From Candidatus Omnitrophota bacterium (GTDB lineage: Bacteria; Omnitrophota; Gorgyraeia; Gygaellales; Profunditerraquicolaceae): a stretch of DNA of 61,250 nt. Both the position numbers and the translations under genes were made by a program. The first letter of the stretch is position 1. Every line of letters begins with the position of its first letter. A model generated the notes under the pieces. The model was given only the letters and a program-made list of their open reading frames with translations. It made no database searches and was not told where the DNA came from. This document shows, in pieces, positions 8,001 through 17,526 of this stretch. Location: positions 1 through 61,250 of the forward strand of contig VGKG01000005.1 in the NCBI GenBank assembly GCA_016867115.1, in the 5' to 3' direction.

Positions 8001-9506
8001 CTATTCGAACTCGTTGAGACTGGAACTGACCACGGCTTCGCGATCAAACATGGAGACGGTGTTCTGCTCCCGTTCGGGAAGCGCGGCCTTTTTTGTCTGG
8101 GCAAGCTTGATGCCTTCTTTATCTTCCCTGATTATATGGGGGGTAATGAAGACTAATAATTCGCGGTCCTTTCCGGGTTCGACCTTCTTATGCCTGAAAA
8201 GCGCCCCCACTATCGGCATGTCTCCCAGAATAGGAAGCTTGGTGATGACCTCTGTCTTCTGGTTGCGGATCAGGCCGCCGATGATCACGGTCTCGCCGTC
8301 TTTGACCTTTACCGTGGTCTTGGTGCTCCTGGTCTCCGGGTCGCGGAAACTATAAGTCAATCCGCCGCTGATAAGGGTGGAACTAGACGTGGCATCAGAG
8401 ACCCGCGGATAGACAAACATAGTGACTTCGTTGCGGTCAAGGTCGATCTGCGGGGTAATGCGCAAAGACACGCCGGTCTCATACCTTTCCGCTTCTGCGC
8501 TGGTAGTGCCGGATGTCGCTTCGGTAGTAGTCTCGATACCGATGGCTTCGTTGGTGGTGATCTTGATTTCCGCAGTCTCGTTATTCAGGGTCAATACCCG
8601 CGGCCGCGCCAGATATTTGGTGTCGGTCTGGGTCCTTAAAAAATCCAGCTGCGCTGAATAGGTATTGGTGGCATTTATGCCCCAGGTGCCCATCCCTGCG
8701 GTAGCCGGGAATGCCTTGCCCCAATCCTTGAACGGAAAGCCCACGGACTCGGTAGCCCCGCCCAATGTCACTACAAAAGGCGTCTGGCTGAACTTTATGC
8801 CTATGGCATCGACGACGTTCTTGCTGACATCCAGCATCTCTACTTCCAGCATGACCTGAGGCACTGCCACGTCCAGGGCAACGATCACCTGCGCGATCAC
8901 TGCCATGCGGTTAGGCGTATCCGTGACGATCAGGCTGTTAGTGCGGAAATCTTCGATCACTGAGCCGGCGCCGGAGAGGAGTTTCTTGATCGCTGTTGTA
9001 ATACCACAGTCCTCCTCTGTTTTCCATTTACCTTCATCCTCGCCTCCGCCGCCATCTTCTCCCTCTTCGCCCGAAGTCTGGATCGTGGACATCTCTTCTT
9101 TCAGGGACGATGAGGAGACCGTGGCATGTTTTAGGTAAAATACCTTAGTGATGGTATCCACTTCCAGCTTTCCATAGTCCTTGACGATGAAGATATTGAC
9201 TTCATCATCCATCTCAAAAGAGAGATTGTTGGCCTTAAAGAGCCTGTCCATTGCCTGCTTCAGGGGGACCTTGTCCAGATACAGGGTGATCTTCCTGTCC
9301 TGCACCGCCTCCGAAGCGATAAAATTAAGGCCGGATTGCATGGAGAACGCCTTTAAGATATCTTTGAGCCCCGCATCCTTAAAGTCCATGGAGATCTGCG
9401 GCTCAAGGTCGGTCAGGGGGACCGTCAGGTCCGCGCTTGACCTGGGAATAGACAGGAATAAAGAAAGTATAAAGATAAAAGCGCTTAAGCGGAAAATGTT
9501 CTTCAT
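8001..9506 (-). CDS. Secretin (GspD/PilQ/MshL family)
   Basis: Has a signal peptide, and the C-terminal LPILGDMPIVGALFRHKKVEPGKDRELLVFITPHII is the secretin signature. Confidence 0.9.
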   Translation of the reverse strand: MKNIFRLSAFIFILSLFLSIPRSSADLTVPLTDLEPQISMDFKDAGLKDILKAFSMQSGLNFIASEAVQDRKITLYLDKVPLKQAMDRLFKANNLSFEMDDEVNIFIVKDYGKLEVDTITKVFYLKHATVSSSSLKEEMSTIQTSGEEGEDGGGGEDEGKWKTEEDCGITTAIKKLLSGAGSVIEDFRTNSLIVTDTPNRMAVIAQVIVALDVAVPQVMLEVEMLDVSKNVVDAIGIKFSQTPFVVTLGGATESVGFPFKDWGKAFPATAGMGTWGINATNTYSAQLDFLRTQTDTKYLARPRVLTLNNETAEIKITTNEAIGIETTTEATSGTTSAEAERYETGVSLRITPQIDLDRNEVTMFVYPRVSDATSSSTLISGGLTYSFRDPETRSTKTTVKVKDGETVIIGGLIRNQKTEVITKLPILGDMPIVGALFRHKKVEPGKDRELLVFITPHIIREDKEGIKLAQTKKAALPEREQNTVSMFDREAVVSSSLNEFE

Positions 9507-9516
9507 CTCATCCTCC

Positions 9517-10002
9517 TCACTGTCCCGTAACAGGCTCTCCGCCTGCCGCGGGTGCGGATATATTAAACTCTTGCCCCTGAAATTCGACTACTACCCCGTT
9601 TTTATCTATGTCGATAATACGTGCTCCTCCTATCGTATCGCCTTGTTTTACCACGCTGTCATTGATGATCGCCTGCGGCAGGCTGCTTCCCCAGATCAGC
9701 CCCTGGACCTTAAGGGGCGGAGGCTGGACCGCCTCTTTTGCCGGCGTAATTTGGCTGGAAGGCATCTGCACATCCTTGCCCAGCTCAAGAAAGGGGTCTC
9801 TCAAGTCCGTTGCTTTGTATTCAACGGCAGGCCGCTCGATCTGATCCTGCGGCCTGATCCCGGGCTGCTGTTTCTCTTTTTGTTCGATCTCCTTCACCAT
9901 CTCCCGGGAAGAGCCCTGCGTATAAGCCGGCGTCAAAAAAGAACAGATAATAAATGCGGCAAAAAAAGGTGTAGCTAAGGCTTCAGGGTTTATTTTTTTC
10001 AT
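9517..10002 (-). CDS. Secreted small protein in the MshK/PilP position of the pilus operon
   Basis: Has a signal peptide, and its position between the PilO-like protein and the secretin fits. I did not recognise a diagnostic motif. Confidence 0.4.
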   Translation of the reverse strand: MKKINPEALATPFFAAFIICSFLTPAYTQGSSREMVKEIEQKEKQQPGIRPQDQIERPAVEYKATDLRDPFLELGKDVQMPSSQITPAKEAVQPPPLKVQGLIWGSSLPQAIINDSVVKQGDTIGGARIIDIDKNGVVVEFQGQEFNISAPAAGGEPVTGQ

Positions 10003-10004
10003 AG

Positions 10005-10517
10005 TTAATCCGCAAAGGCTATGCTGCTGACTACCAAACCGACAGTTAATTCCTTCGCCTGATCTTCGGACCTGGTTTCCAAGGAGTCAACTACGAAGAC
10101 GATATCCCGGTAGCTTTCGATCCTTGCGATAAATCTTCCCAGATTATGGAAACTGGAACTGACCAGCGTCATGCTAAAGGGCATCTTTATATATTCCGGC
10201 ATCCTTTGTTCGTTTTCCGGCCGGATAGAAGCAAGCTTTACCCCTGATGCCTTGGCAATATTAGTAAGGGTATTCATCGCCGCGCTTGCGTCCTGGCGTT
10301 TCAACAGGCTCCTATAGGAGTTAAGCCTGCCTTCCAAATGTCCGAGGTTATTCAGTTTCTGATTCTTTTCCTCTTCCTGCGCGATCTTGGCTTCGAGCCT
10401 CTTCTTCTGGTTTAACTGGTCCTGATAGATATTGAAGGCGACGAACCCGGCCACCAAAAGAACCACCACATTTAGCACAAGGTTCTTGTTTTTATTGACG
10501 CTCTCGTTTAACTCCAT
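10005..10517 (-). CDS. PilO/MshJ-like pilus assembly protein
   Basis: Has a single TM segment, a coiled coil and a C-terminal PilO-like domain. I prefer the ATG at 10517 (GGGGGA 6 nt upstream, just after the upstream stop) over 10553. Confidence 0.7.
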   Translation of the reverse strand: MELNESVNKNKNLVLNVVVLLVAGFVAFNIYQDQLNQKKRLEAKIAQEEEKNQKLNNLGHLEGRLNSYRSLLKRQDASAAMNTLTNIAKASGVKLASIRPENEQRMPEYIKMPFSMTLVSSSFHNLGRFIARIESYRDIVFVVDSLETRSEDQAKELTVGLVVSSIAFAD

Positions 10518-10527
10518 AGTAATCCCC

Positions 10528-12081
10528 CTAAAAGGCCTTGCAGGAGATGGCAAAGTTAGTGCCCGTGACTCTCTCGCTCTGCCTGCGGTCTATAGAAACA
10601 ATGCTGATGTCTCTGAAATATTTGGTAAAATCAGGGTTCTTTTTTACTCTATCCAGAAAGCGGTTAACCGCCTCAAACTCCTTATCGGCGTCACCCATAT
10701 ACACCATGCCCTCAATGGCCAGATCCGACCTTCCCCTTTCTTTTCTCGCAGAGTAAGTAAGCCTGGTCAGCCACATCTCCTTGGGGGTCAGGCGCGGCAG
10801 GGCGTCAAGTATCTGCGTAAGGTAAACCTGTTTTTTTATCAGGTTATCCAGCGAATCTGCGCGGCGCTTAAAATCCGTTTCTTTGCCCTCCAGCTGCTCG
10901 ATAGTCGCATCCGGGCTTATGCCGGCTACTTCCGGACGGTTGCGGCGGATCCCGGCGAGCTCCTTGTTCAGGGGCTCCATCTGATAGCGGCCGTAGGCAA
11001 AGGCGCCGGCGCAAATAGCTATACCCAGGATGACCATCTTGACATCTATTTTCAGGCCCTTTAACAGGGGCGCTGCTTCAATGGCAATGCGCTTTTCTTT
11101 GGCTTCGGGCTTTATCTTTGCCCTTGCTGCCACAAGGTTTACCTTCACCGCGCTCTTGATGGCCTTGGTAAGGGATGCGCTGTAGCCCTTGGCAAAACTC
11201 AGGGAATAAGGTGCGGTGCGCTCAACTATCTTTTCCAGGTCCGCATAAGTGACGGAAAGGCCCATCTCCGCAAGCATACTTTCCAGTTCGCTGCGTACGT
11301 CAGGGCCGGTCAATAACAGGGTCTTTCTTACGTTTTTATTGGGGAACTTGCGCCGGAAATAATCCAGGGATACGCGGATCTCGGTTTTTAGTTTTCCGAG
11401 AAGATCCGCTGCCTCTGCCGGGCCGCCGAACTCCTCAGCCGGGCCTGAAGTCAGAGCGATATCGCGGCTGAAAAGCGGGAAGCCGTTCTCAAAAACGGTG
11501 AAGTTGACCTCGTCTTCTCCCTTAAGGTCCGCGCCGAGTATAGCGACCACTCCTTTTTCACCGACACCTGAGAGCGCAAGATACCGCGAAAGGCTGAAGG
11601 CGGAATATTCGATGGCGCTGATCTTGATATCCAGCTGGTTAAGGATGGCAAAATAGGTATCCAGTGTCTCTTTTTTAATGCCCATAAAAATGACCTGGTT
11701 GGTACGGCTCTCCTTATCCTGAATGAGCTGAAAGTCCGAGATCAGGTCTTCGACTCTGAAGGGGATGTATTTTTTGGCTTCAAAGATTACGGCGCTGGCG
11801 AGCTCCTCTTTGGGGAGTTGCGGGATCTCGAAAGTACGGATAATCAGGTCTTTACCCGAAAGACCGAGTGTTGCCTCTTTGGCCTCTATTCTGCTGCGCC
11901 TCAATTCATCCTTGAACAGGGCAATAATCTCGATCGTCTTGACTTCCTGCGGGACCTTCTCCTCCAGTTCCCCGCGGGAGACGGTGGCCTGTTGTATCTG
12001 CGCATGATTAAGGAGCTTCTTTCCCTTGGACTCTACGATGCTGATTATCTTAGGGCCGAAATATATGCCTAATGCGCTCAT
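10528..12081 (-). CDS. PilM-PilN fusion (MshI-like): an actin-like ATPase domain, a TM segment and a PilN-like domain
   Basis: About 340 aa of PilM-like sequence is followed by the TM segment VILGIAICAGAFAYGRY and about 150 aa of periplasmic domain. Confidence 0.75.
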   Translation of the reverse strand: MSALGIYFGPKIISIVESKGKKLLNHAQIQQATVSRGELEEKVPQEVKTIEIIALFKDELRRSRIEAKEATLGLSGKDLIIRTFEIPQLPKEELASAVIFEAKKYIPFRVEDLISDFQLIQDKESRTNQVIFMGIKKETLDTYFAILNQLDIKISAIEYSAFSLSRYLALSGVGEKGVVAILGADLKGEDEVNFTVFENGFPLFSRDIALTSGPAEEFGGPAEAADLLGKLKTEIRVSLDYFRRKFPNKNVRKTLLLTGPDVRSELESMLAEMGLSVTYADLEKIVERTAPYSLSFAKGYSASLTKAIKSAVKVNLVAARAKIKPEAKEKRIAIEAAPLLKGLKIDVKMVILGIAICAGAFAYGRYQMEPLNKELAGIRRNRPEVAGISPDATIEQLEGKETDFKRRADSLDNLIKKQVYLTQILDALPRLTPKEMWLTRLTYSARKERGRSDLAIEGMVYMGDADKEFEAVNRFLDRVKKNPDFTKYFRDISIVSIDRRQSERVTGTNFAISCKAF

Positions 12082-12278
12082 GATTTGTCTCCGGTTTTTA
12101 CTTCCTTTAACACGCGCCTCCTGCTCTTTAACCAGACATCCACTTCCTTACGGTCAAATCTCCAGACCCCTCCCACCTTGATCCCGGAGATCTTTCCCTG
12201 ATGCAGCCAGTTATAGATGGTCTGCTTCTTTAATCTAAGGTAATCCGCTAATTCGTCAATATCAATGAGTTTTGCCAT
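12078..12278 (-). CDS. Excisionase-family (HTH_17/MerR-type) DNA-binding protein, first gene of the pilus operon
   Basis: LADYLRLKKQTIYNWLHQGKISGIKVGGVWRF is the typical helix-turn-helix plus wing. It overlaps the PilM-N start by 4 nt. Confidence 0.75.
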   Translation of the reverse strand: MAKLIDIDELADYLRLKKQTIYNWLHQGKISGIKVGGVWRFDRKEVDVWLKSRRRVLKEVKTGDKS

Positions 12279-12319
12279 TTGTTTTTAGCCTATCTATTCT
12301 CTAAAACATTGTAGGTTTA

Positions 12320-12348
12320 ATTCAATCATAAAATCCTTATCCTGTCAA
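12320..12348 (-). promoter_or_regulatory. Candidate sigma70-type promoter of the pilus operon
   Basis: On the minus strand, TTGACA (12343-12348) is followed by a 17-nt spacer ending in TGa, then TTGAAT (12320-12325). It sits in an AT-rich 196-bp gap. Confidence 0.35.
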
Positions 12349-12474
12349 GTGTTTTTTTTGATATTCTTACTTAAACTTACTTTAAAGGCAAAAACCTCGT
12401 CGGAAACAAATATTAGCTAGATTAAATAATTTTATAATAGACTTACTTATTTTATGTTAGTTTATTATTGTTTG

Positions 12475-12873
12475 TTATGGGGTGTAAGTATAGGTGGCAG
12501 TGGATCTGATGCAGTGGCTTGAGCCGCCTGCAGGAACGCAGGTGGTCCCATCAGGGAAATTATAGCCTTCGGTGGCGATGACAATGGTAACATCCTTGTT
12601 GACGATGGAGCCGGGGAAGTTTTCATCATGCAGGGTAACGGTCGTAGCGCTGGAAGGGGGTACGTTTATGAGCTGTTTTCTCAGCTGGTCATAAGCATAA
12701 TTTACTCCGGCCATAGAAGCGTAATAGGCCTGGATACGGCTGACCTGATGATGGGTCAGGCGGGACTGGCTGGACATGAGCACCAGGATGACGTTGGTCA
12801 GAATGATCACTACCAGCAGCGTGCCTAATACCAGAAATAAAGCAATGCCCTTTTCCCCGCGGTCTTTAAACAT
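12475..12873 (-). CDS. PilX-N-like minor pilin / pilus-associated protein
   Basis: EKGIALFLVLGTLLVVIILTNVILVLMSSQ followed by AYYASMAGVNYA resembles PilX N-terminal domains. Confidence 0.45.
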   Translation of the reverse strand: MFKDRGEKGIALFLVLGTLLVVIILTNVILVLMSSQSRLTHHQVSRIQAYYASMAGVNYAYDQLRKQLINVPPSSATTVTLHDENFPGSIVNKDVTIVIATEGYNFPDGTTCVPAGGSSHCIRSTATYTYTP

Positions 12874-13072
12874 TTTTCCTTAGAAAAACCTTATAATCGT
12901 TCTCTGTCTGCAGCACAACCACGTGGCCTTCGCGCGCCAGCCATCCCAGGCTCATCAATACGTTATCGCGGGGCTTATCGATCCCGGAAATAAGCTGGGA
13001 AAGGGTAGTCTCTCCGTGCTGGTCTAAGAAATGCCAGATATCGCCGGCGACTATTCCGATTTCAGTAATCAT
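12866..13072 (-). CDS. Small winged-helix protein (DUF2582-like)
   Basis: 68 aa. IWHFLDQHGETTLSQLISGI and LGWLAREGHV give a winged-helix pattern. Confidence 0.55.
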   Translation of the reverse strand: MITEIGIVAGDIWHFLDQHGETTLSQLISGIDKPRDNVLMSLGWLAREGHVVVLQTENDYKVFLRKNV

Positions 13073-13126
13073 TATCTGCCTCCTTGAGGTAATTATAGGT
13101 AAATAAGCAGGTTATGTCAATATATT

Positions 13127-13348
13127 TTATTTCTTATTATAACTTCCGCAGCGGGGGCAGGTAGAGATCTTCTCTTCCCTCGTATTAATATAGGTATAGG
13201 TACAGACCGAACAGAACCAGATGTATTTGGGGTCAAGAGAAAGGTCTTTGTCCTTCTCTTTCCGGGCGATGATCCAAAGTGCAAAGATCACGCCCAGGAC
13301 AACGATCACATAAAAAGCAACGGCGAAAGAAAAATCCAGGTTAATCAC
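13127..13348 (-). CDS. Membrane-anchored zinc-ribbon protein
   Basis: Has an N-terminal TM helix followed by CSVC...CPRC. It overlaps the upstream gene by 8 nt. Confidence 0.55.
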   Translation of the reverse strand: MINLDFSFAVAFYVIVVLGVIFALWIIARKEKDKDLSLDPKYIWFCSVCTYTYINTREEKISTCPRCGSYNKK

Positions 13349-13973
13349 TTTCAGCTGAAAGGTCTATTTTTACCGTCTGCCAGGTATTGGGCGAAAATCT
13401 CTGGCGCTGCATGAATAGATAGCGGCCGATATAGCGGGTAGTCAGGAGGTCCGCCTCCAGGCTTCCGGATGAGATCTTCCTCTTTACGACCGTGAAGCTG
13501 CGGCTGGGGGTTGAAATAACCTTGAACTCAAGTTCCACGTGCGCCACCTGCCTGTCCTTGAAATAAAGCGGGAAGCTGTAGGGCAGGAGCGGATGAAAGA
13601 CTATCGTGGGCTCTTTTCTCTTCGGCCTGAAAGGCCGCTCCTGTTTTGCCTGCGGGGGGATGAGTTTCTCAGTGCTAAGCGAAAATATGCTCTGCGGCTT
13701 AAGATAGCCCCTGGATAGCGGCTCTTTAGCGGAAACCTTCTCCTCGAGCATCGAAGTCCCGGGCCTTAAAAAGAGGCTCCTGCCGGAGGGGCGGATATCC
13801 TTCTGTCCCGACGGCGAAACCTGGGAATTGTACAATACCTGGCCCCAGAAAGAGATCTCATGGTAGGCTGCCGGGGCAATGGGCCTGCCGAAAGAAAAGG
13901 TAAAGGCGCCGAAGAACGCTGCGTGCCCTAAAAGGGAAAGGATGATCGCCTGTCTGAAGGGGCTCTTTGTCAT
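13341..13973 (-). CDS. TonB/TolA-like energy transducer (weak call)
   Basis: Has an N-terminal TM segment. The C-terminal VELEFKV...ISSGSLEADLLTTRYI resembles the TonB C-terminal domain. It follows exbB-exbD. Confidence 0.5.
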   Translation of the reverse strand: MTKSPFRQAIILSLLGHAAFFGAFTFSFGRPIAPAAYHEISFWGQVLYNSQVSPSGQKDIRPSGRSLFLRPGTSMLEEKVSAKEPLSRGYLKPQSIFSLSTEKLIPPQAKQERPFRPKRKEPTIVFHPLLPYSFPLYFKDRQVAHVELEFKVISTPSRSFTVVKRKISSGSLEADLLTTRYIGRYLFMQRQRFSPNTWQTVKIDLSAESD

Positions 13974-14371
13974 TCCTGATTTGTGGCGATATTGATCTGA
14001 GAGACGCCCAGATCGCGCGCAGTATCCCAGATCTCAACCACTCTTCCCAGAGACGCGCGCCTGTCCGCCTTGATGAGGATAGTCTGCTCTCTCTTCGCCA
14101 CCTGCTTAAGCAGGGCCTTTAATTCCTGAGAAGTCACGACCTTGCCGTTAAAATAAGTCACATTCTCCCCGGTCACCAGTATCTCGATATTCTCTAACTT
14201 TACCGCTTCGCTGGTAACGGCTCTGGGAAGGTCGACCCTGATCCCCGGCTGGATCACGAAGCTGGAAGTGAGCATAAAAAAGATAAGCAGCTGGAAAACA
14301 ATATCTATGAGCGGAGCGATATCGATCTGCTTAAGTCCGTGCTCAAGCTCCATTCGCCCTTTAAAACGCAT
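13970..14371 (-). CDS. exbD: ExbD/TolR biopolymer transport protein
   Basis: IDIAPLIDIVFQLLIFFM is the motif, and the size is typical at 133 aa. Confidence 0.88.
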   Translation of the reverse strand: MRFKGRMELEHGLKQIDIAPLIDIVFQLLIFFMLTSSFVIQPGIRVDLPRAVTSEAVKLENIEILVTGENVTYFNGKVVTSQELKALLKQVAKREQTILIKADRRASLGRVVEIWDTARDLGVSQINIATNQE

Positions 14372-14380
14372 GCCTTCCTC

Positions 14381-15013
14381 CTATTCGGTGAGAAAGTTCA
14401 CCAGTTCCGTAGAGACCCTCTCCATCTCTATGATGAAGCTATTGATGCGGCTGGCAAAATAGTTGTAAGCCACGAAAGTCGGGATCGCCACGATCAGCCC
14501 TGCGACGGTAGTCAGAAGCGCCTCCCAGATCCCGCCGGCGAGGTCGCCGGGTGAGACCGGATGAAAACTGGTGGCCTTGGCCTGGACAGTCTGGAAACAC
14601 CTGACCATTCCGGTGACCGTGCCCAAGAGCCCCAAAAGCGGTGAGACATGAGCGATTGTTGCAAGCGCGGTAAGATTTTTTTTAAGGCGCGGTATCTCAT
14701 ACAATGAGGCGTCCTCTATACTCTCGACGATCTGCTGTTTCGGGCGGTCGTATTTTAAGACGCCGGCCTTGAGGATATTGGAGACCGGCCCCCTGGTAGA
14801 ATCGCAGATCTGCAGCGCCTCTTTTGTGTCGTGGTGTTTCAGTTTTTCGATGATCCTGGCCAGGAACGCCTGAGTATCGATATTGATGGCATGCAGGTGC
14901 ATGAACTTTTCCAGGACGATCGTAAAGGCAAAGAGCGAACAGAAAAGTATCGGCCACATCACCGGACCGCCCGCTAAAAATATCTGCCAGACACTCATCT
15001 TATAAAGATCCAT
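14381..15013 (-). CDS. exbB: MotA/TolQ/ExbB proton channel
   Basis: Has three TM segments and the C-terminal GLLGTVTGM...ALLTTVAGL pattern. Confidence 0.88.
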   Translation of the reverse strand: MDLYKMSVWQIFLAGGPVMWPILFCSLFAFTIVLEKFMHLHAINIDTQAFLARIIEKLKHHDTKEALQICDSTRGPVSNILKAGVLKYDRPKQQIVESIEDASLYEIPRLKKNLTALATIAHVSPLLGLLGTVTGMVRCFQTVQAKATSFHPVSPGDLAGGIWEALLTTVAGLIVAIPTFVAYNYFASRINSFIIEMERVSTELVNFLTE

Positions 15014-15027
15014 TTCTATCCTCCCCC

Positions 15028-17505
15028 CTATTTTGTATGCTCCGTAATCCAGTCAATGCGTTCCCTGGCGTATTTTGCCTCCTCAGTGTTCATGGCTACG
15101 ACCTTTTTGTAGATATTCAGCGCCTCTTTCATCTTGTCGAGGTTTTCGTAGATCTCCGCCACCCGCAAAAGCGCCTTTACCGAAAGGCCGGGGTCATCCG
15201 AATAGAGATAGGTCACTTTCAGGTACTCTTCGATCGCCACATCGGGTTCCCCCTTTGCCTCCAGGGCCTCGGCGATTTTGAGCTGTATCATGCCTACCTC
15301 TTTTACCGGGACAATATCCAGGCTCTTGCGGTAAAGTTCAAGCGCATCGTTATAATAATTTATCTTAAGGAAGAGGTCTGCCATTTTAGGATAAACCGAG
15401 CCAGCAAGATTCGGGTAATCCTTGACCGTCTGGCGGTAGGCGGAGAGCGCTTCATCGGTCTTGCCCTCCCTGGCATAGATGTCGGCAACAGCGATGGCTG
15501 CCTGCCCTGCCAGGTCCGTCTTTCCGGATTTGCCGACCTCCTTGAAGCTTGCGACTGCATCGGCATAGCGCGATTCTTCCTCATAGATAGAGCCGAGGGC
15601 GTAGTGGGCCTCCGGCACCAGGTTGCTCCTGGGAAAATCCTGGATCAGGCTTAAGAAATAACGCTGCGCCAGGTCCAGTTTATTATGACGGTAATAATAC
15701 TCGCCCAGCCACCACATGATCTCGGCGGTAAGGCTGGAATCCGGGTATTTCGAGCGCAGGGCCTTGAAACGGTTCATCGCCTCCTTTTCGTCGCCGAGCT
15801 GGTAATAACAATCGGCGATCTCGTATTCCGCTTTCTGGGCAAGCTCCTTATCCTGGCTATACTGCCGGCTGATCTCCCTGAAGACGTTTATCGCTTCGCT
15901 GTACTTTTCCAGATTATAAAGGCTCGTCCCGAAAAGATAGAGAGCCTGTGGCCTTAAAATACTCTCCTTGTATTCTTCCTGAAACCTGGCAAAAGTCTGG
16001 CGGCTGGAATCGTAATCCTGGCGCTGGAAATAGGCCAGGCCCAGGGCGTAGGTGGCGTCATCCGAAAGTTTCGATGCCGGGTAGTTCCTCTTAAAATTCA
16101 GGAAGCAAAGAATAGCTGCGTCGTAATTTGAGCTTTTTAAGAGTGTCAGGCCCAGCTGATACTGCACATAATCGGCGTAGGAGCTGTCGGGGTAATCTTT
16201 GAGTATCGCATCATACGCCTCTTTGGCCTTCTGGTAATCGCCCGAATCCTGATAAGTGTCTCCTATCTGGCAAAGGGCGCTCACCTTGATGATCTTATCG
16301 TCGCTGGTCTTGACGATCTTCTGGAACTCCCTGATCGCATCCTTAAACTCCCCCTGCTTAAGGTAGGCCCAGCTGAGGTTATAATGCAGCTTGTCGGAGA
16401 TCTCCTGCGGCATGAGGGCAGGGTTTATTTTTTTGAGCGCTTCGTTGTAAACGGCTATCGCTTCGGCGTACTCTGCCAGGTTATAATGGCAGTCGGCTTT
16501 GCCCAGATACGCCTGGATCAGCACCAGGGGATCGTCGGCCTCTTTTAAGATGCCCTCGTACAGCTTCTTGGCCTCATGCACCCGGTTTGTCTCAACCATC
16601 AAAATCGCTTTTCCCAGAAGCAGGACTTCGTTGCTGCGCTTTTCCAGGGAACCGGGCGAGACCTCAAGGAACTTGTTTTCCGCCTCCTTATAGCGTTTGA
16701 GCTTCAGGTACGACCAGGCCTGGCCTAATTCCGAAAGGCCGCGCAACCTTTCGTCGCGGGTGGACGAAAGCACCTTTGCATACCAGTCCTGCGCCTCAGC
16801 GAAATTATCCAGGTAATACTGCGCCTCAGCCATGTAAAAATAGAGATACGCAAGCCTGGGGGCATCCCTGGCAAACAGCTTGAGGTAGTTCTTGAGCTTC
16901 TCTCTGAGGGCGCTGTAATCCTTCAGGTTGTAAAGGCACTCAAGCAGCTTAAAGGAGGCGTCCTGGCTGAAAGACTCCCTCGGATATTTTTCTTCCACGG
17001 TCTTAAAGATCTCCGCGGCCTCTCTGAACTTCTGTTCCTGAAAAAGGCACCAGCCCAGCGAATAATACGCCGAGGGCGCGTAAGAAGACTTCGGGAACTC
17101 ATCCCAGACCCGTTTATAGTATAGGGCGGCCTTGTCGAAATTATTCCCCTTAAAATGCACCTCCGCGATCCAGTAAAGCGAGGCGTCTTTTATCTGGCCT
17201 GCCCCGGGGTCCTTGTAAAGCTCCTCGAACTTGGCCAGGGCATCCAGGAATCTGTTCTGGTGGTAAAGGGAGCGGCCGATAAGCAGTTTTGCCTCGGCTG
17301 CCTTCGAGGAATCCGGGTAGCTCTTTAAGAAACGCTCAAGGAGGTCGAGGCTCACTTCGTAGAAACCGTCTTCAAAAGCTTTCTTGGCGACAAAAAGGGA
17401 CTCTTCTTCTTTGGAAGAATCTTCAGCGAATAAAGTACGGGCGTTAACGGGCAGGTGACAGGCAAGAAGAAAGATGAATAAAGTTACGCTCAGCAATTTA
17501 CGCAT
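15028..17505 (-). CDS. Secreted multi-TPR repeat protein (YbgF/CpoB-like repeats)
   Basis: Has a signal peptide and more than 15 TPR-like Y/A/F-rich 34-mers across 825 aa. Confidence 0.8.
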   Translation of the reverse strand: MRKLLSVTLFIFLLACHLPVNARTLFAEDSSKEEESLFVAKKAFEDGFYEVSLDLLERFLKSYPDSSKAAEAKLLIGRSLYHQNRFLDALAKFEELYKDPGAGQIKDASLYWIAEVHFKGNNFDKAALYYKRVWDEFPKSSYAPSAYYSLGWCLFQEQKFREAAEIFKTVEEKYPRESFSQDASFKLLECLYNLKDYSALREKLKNYLKLFARDAPRLAYLYFYMAEAQYYLDNFAEAQDWYAKVLSSTRDERLRGLSELGQAWSYLKLKRYKEAENKFLEVSPGSLEKRSNEVLLLGKAILMVETNRVHEAKKLYEGILKEADDPLVLIQAYLGKADCHYNLAEYAEAIAVYNEALKKINPALMPQEISDKLHYNLSWAYLKQGEFKDAIREFQKIVKTSDDKIIKVSALCQIGDTYQDSGDYQKAKEAYDAILKDYPDSSYADYVQYQLGLTLLKSSNYDAAILCFLNFKRNYPASKLSDDATYALGLAYFQRQDYDSSRQTFARFQEEYKESILRPQALYLFGTSLYNLEKYSEAINVFREISRQYSQDKELAQKAEYEIADCYYQLGDEKEAMNRFKALRSKYPDSSLTAEIMWWLGEYYYRHNKLDLAQRYFLSLIQDFPRSNLVPEAHYALGSIYEEESRYADAVASFKEVGKSGKTDLAGQAAIAVADIYAREGKTDEALSAYRQTVKDYPNLAGSVYPKMADLFLKINYYNDALELYRKSLDIVPVKEVGMIQLKIAEALEAKGEPDVAIEEYLKVTYLYSDDPGLSVKALLRVAEIYENLDKMKEALNIYKKVVAMNTEEAKYARERIDWITEHTK

Positions 17506-17526
17506 GGTTAAGAATATAGCACTACT

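Noticed and set aside
12078-12278. Excisionase-family gene as a marker of a prophage or genomic island
   Set aside because: There is no integrase, no phage structural or replication genes, and no flanking att-like repeats. It is translationally coupled to pilM-N.
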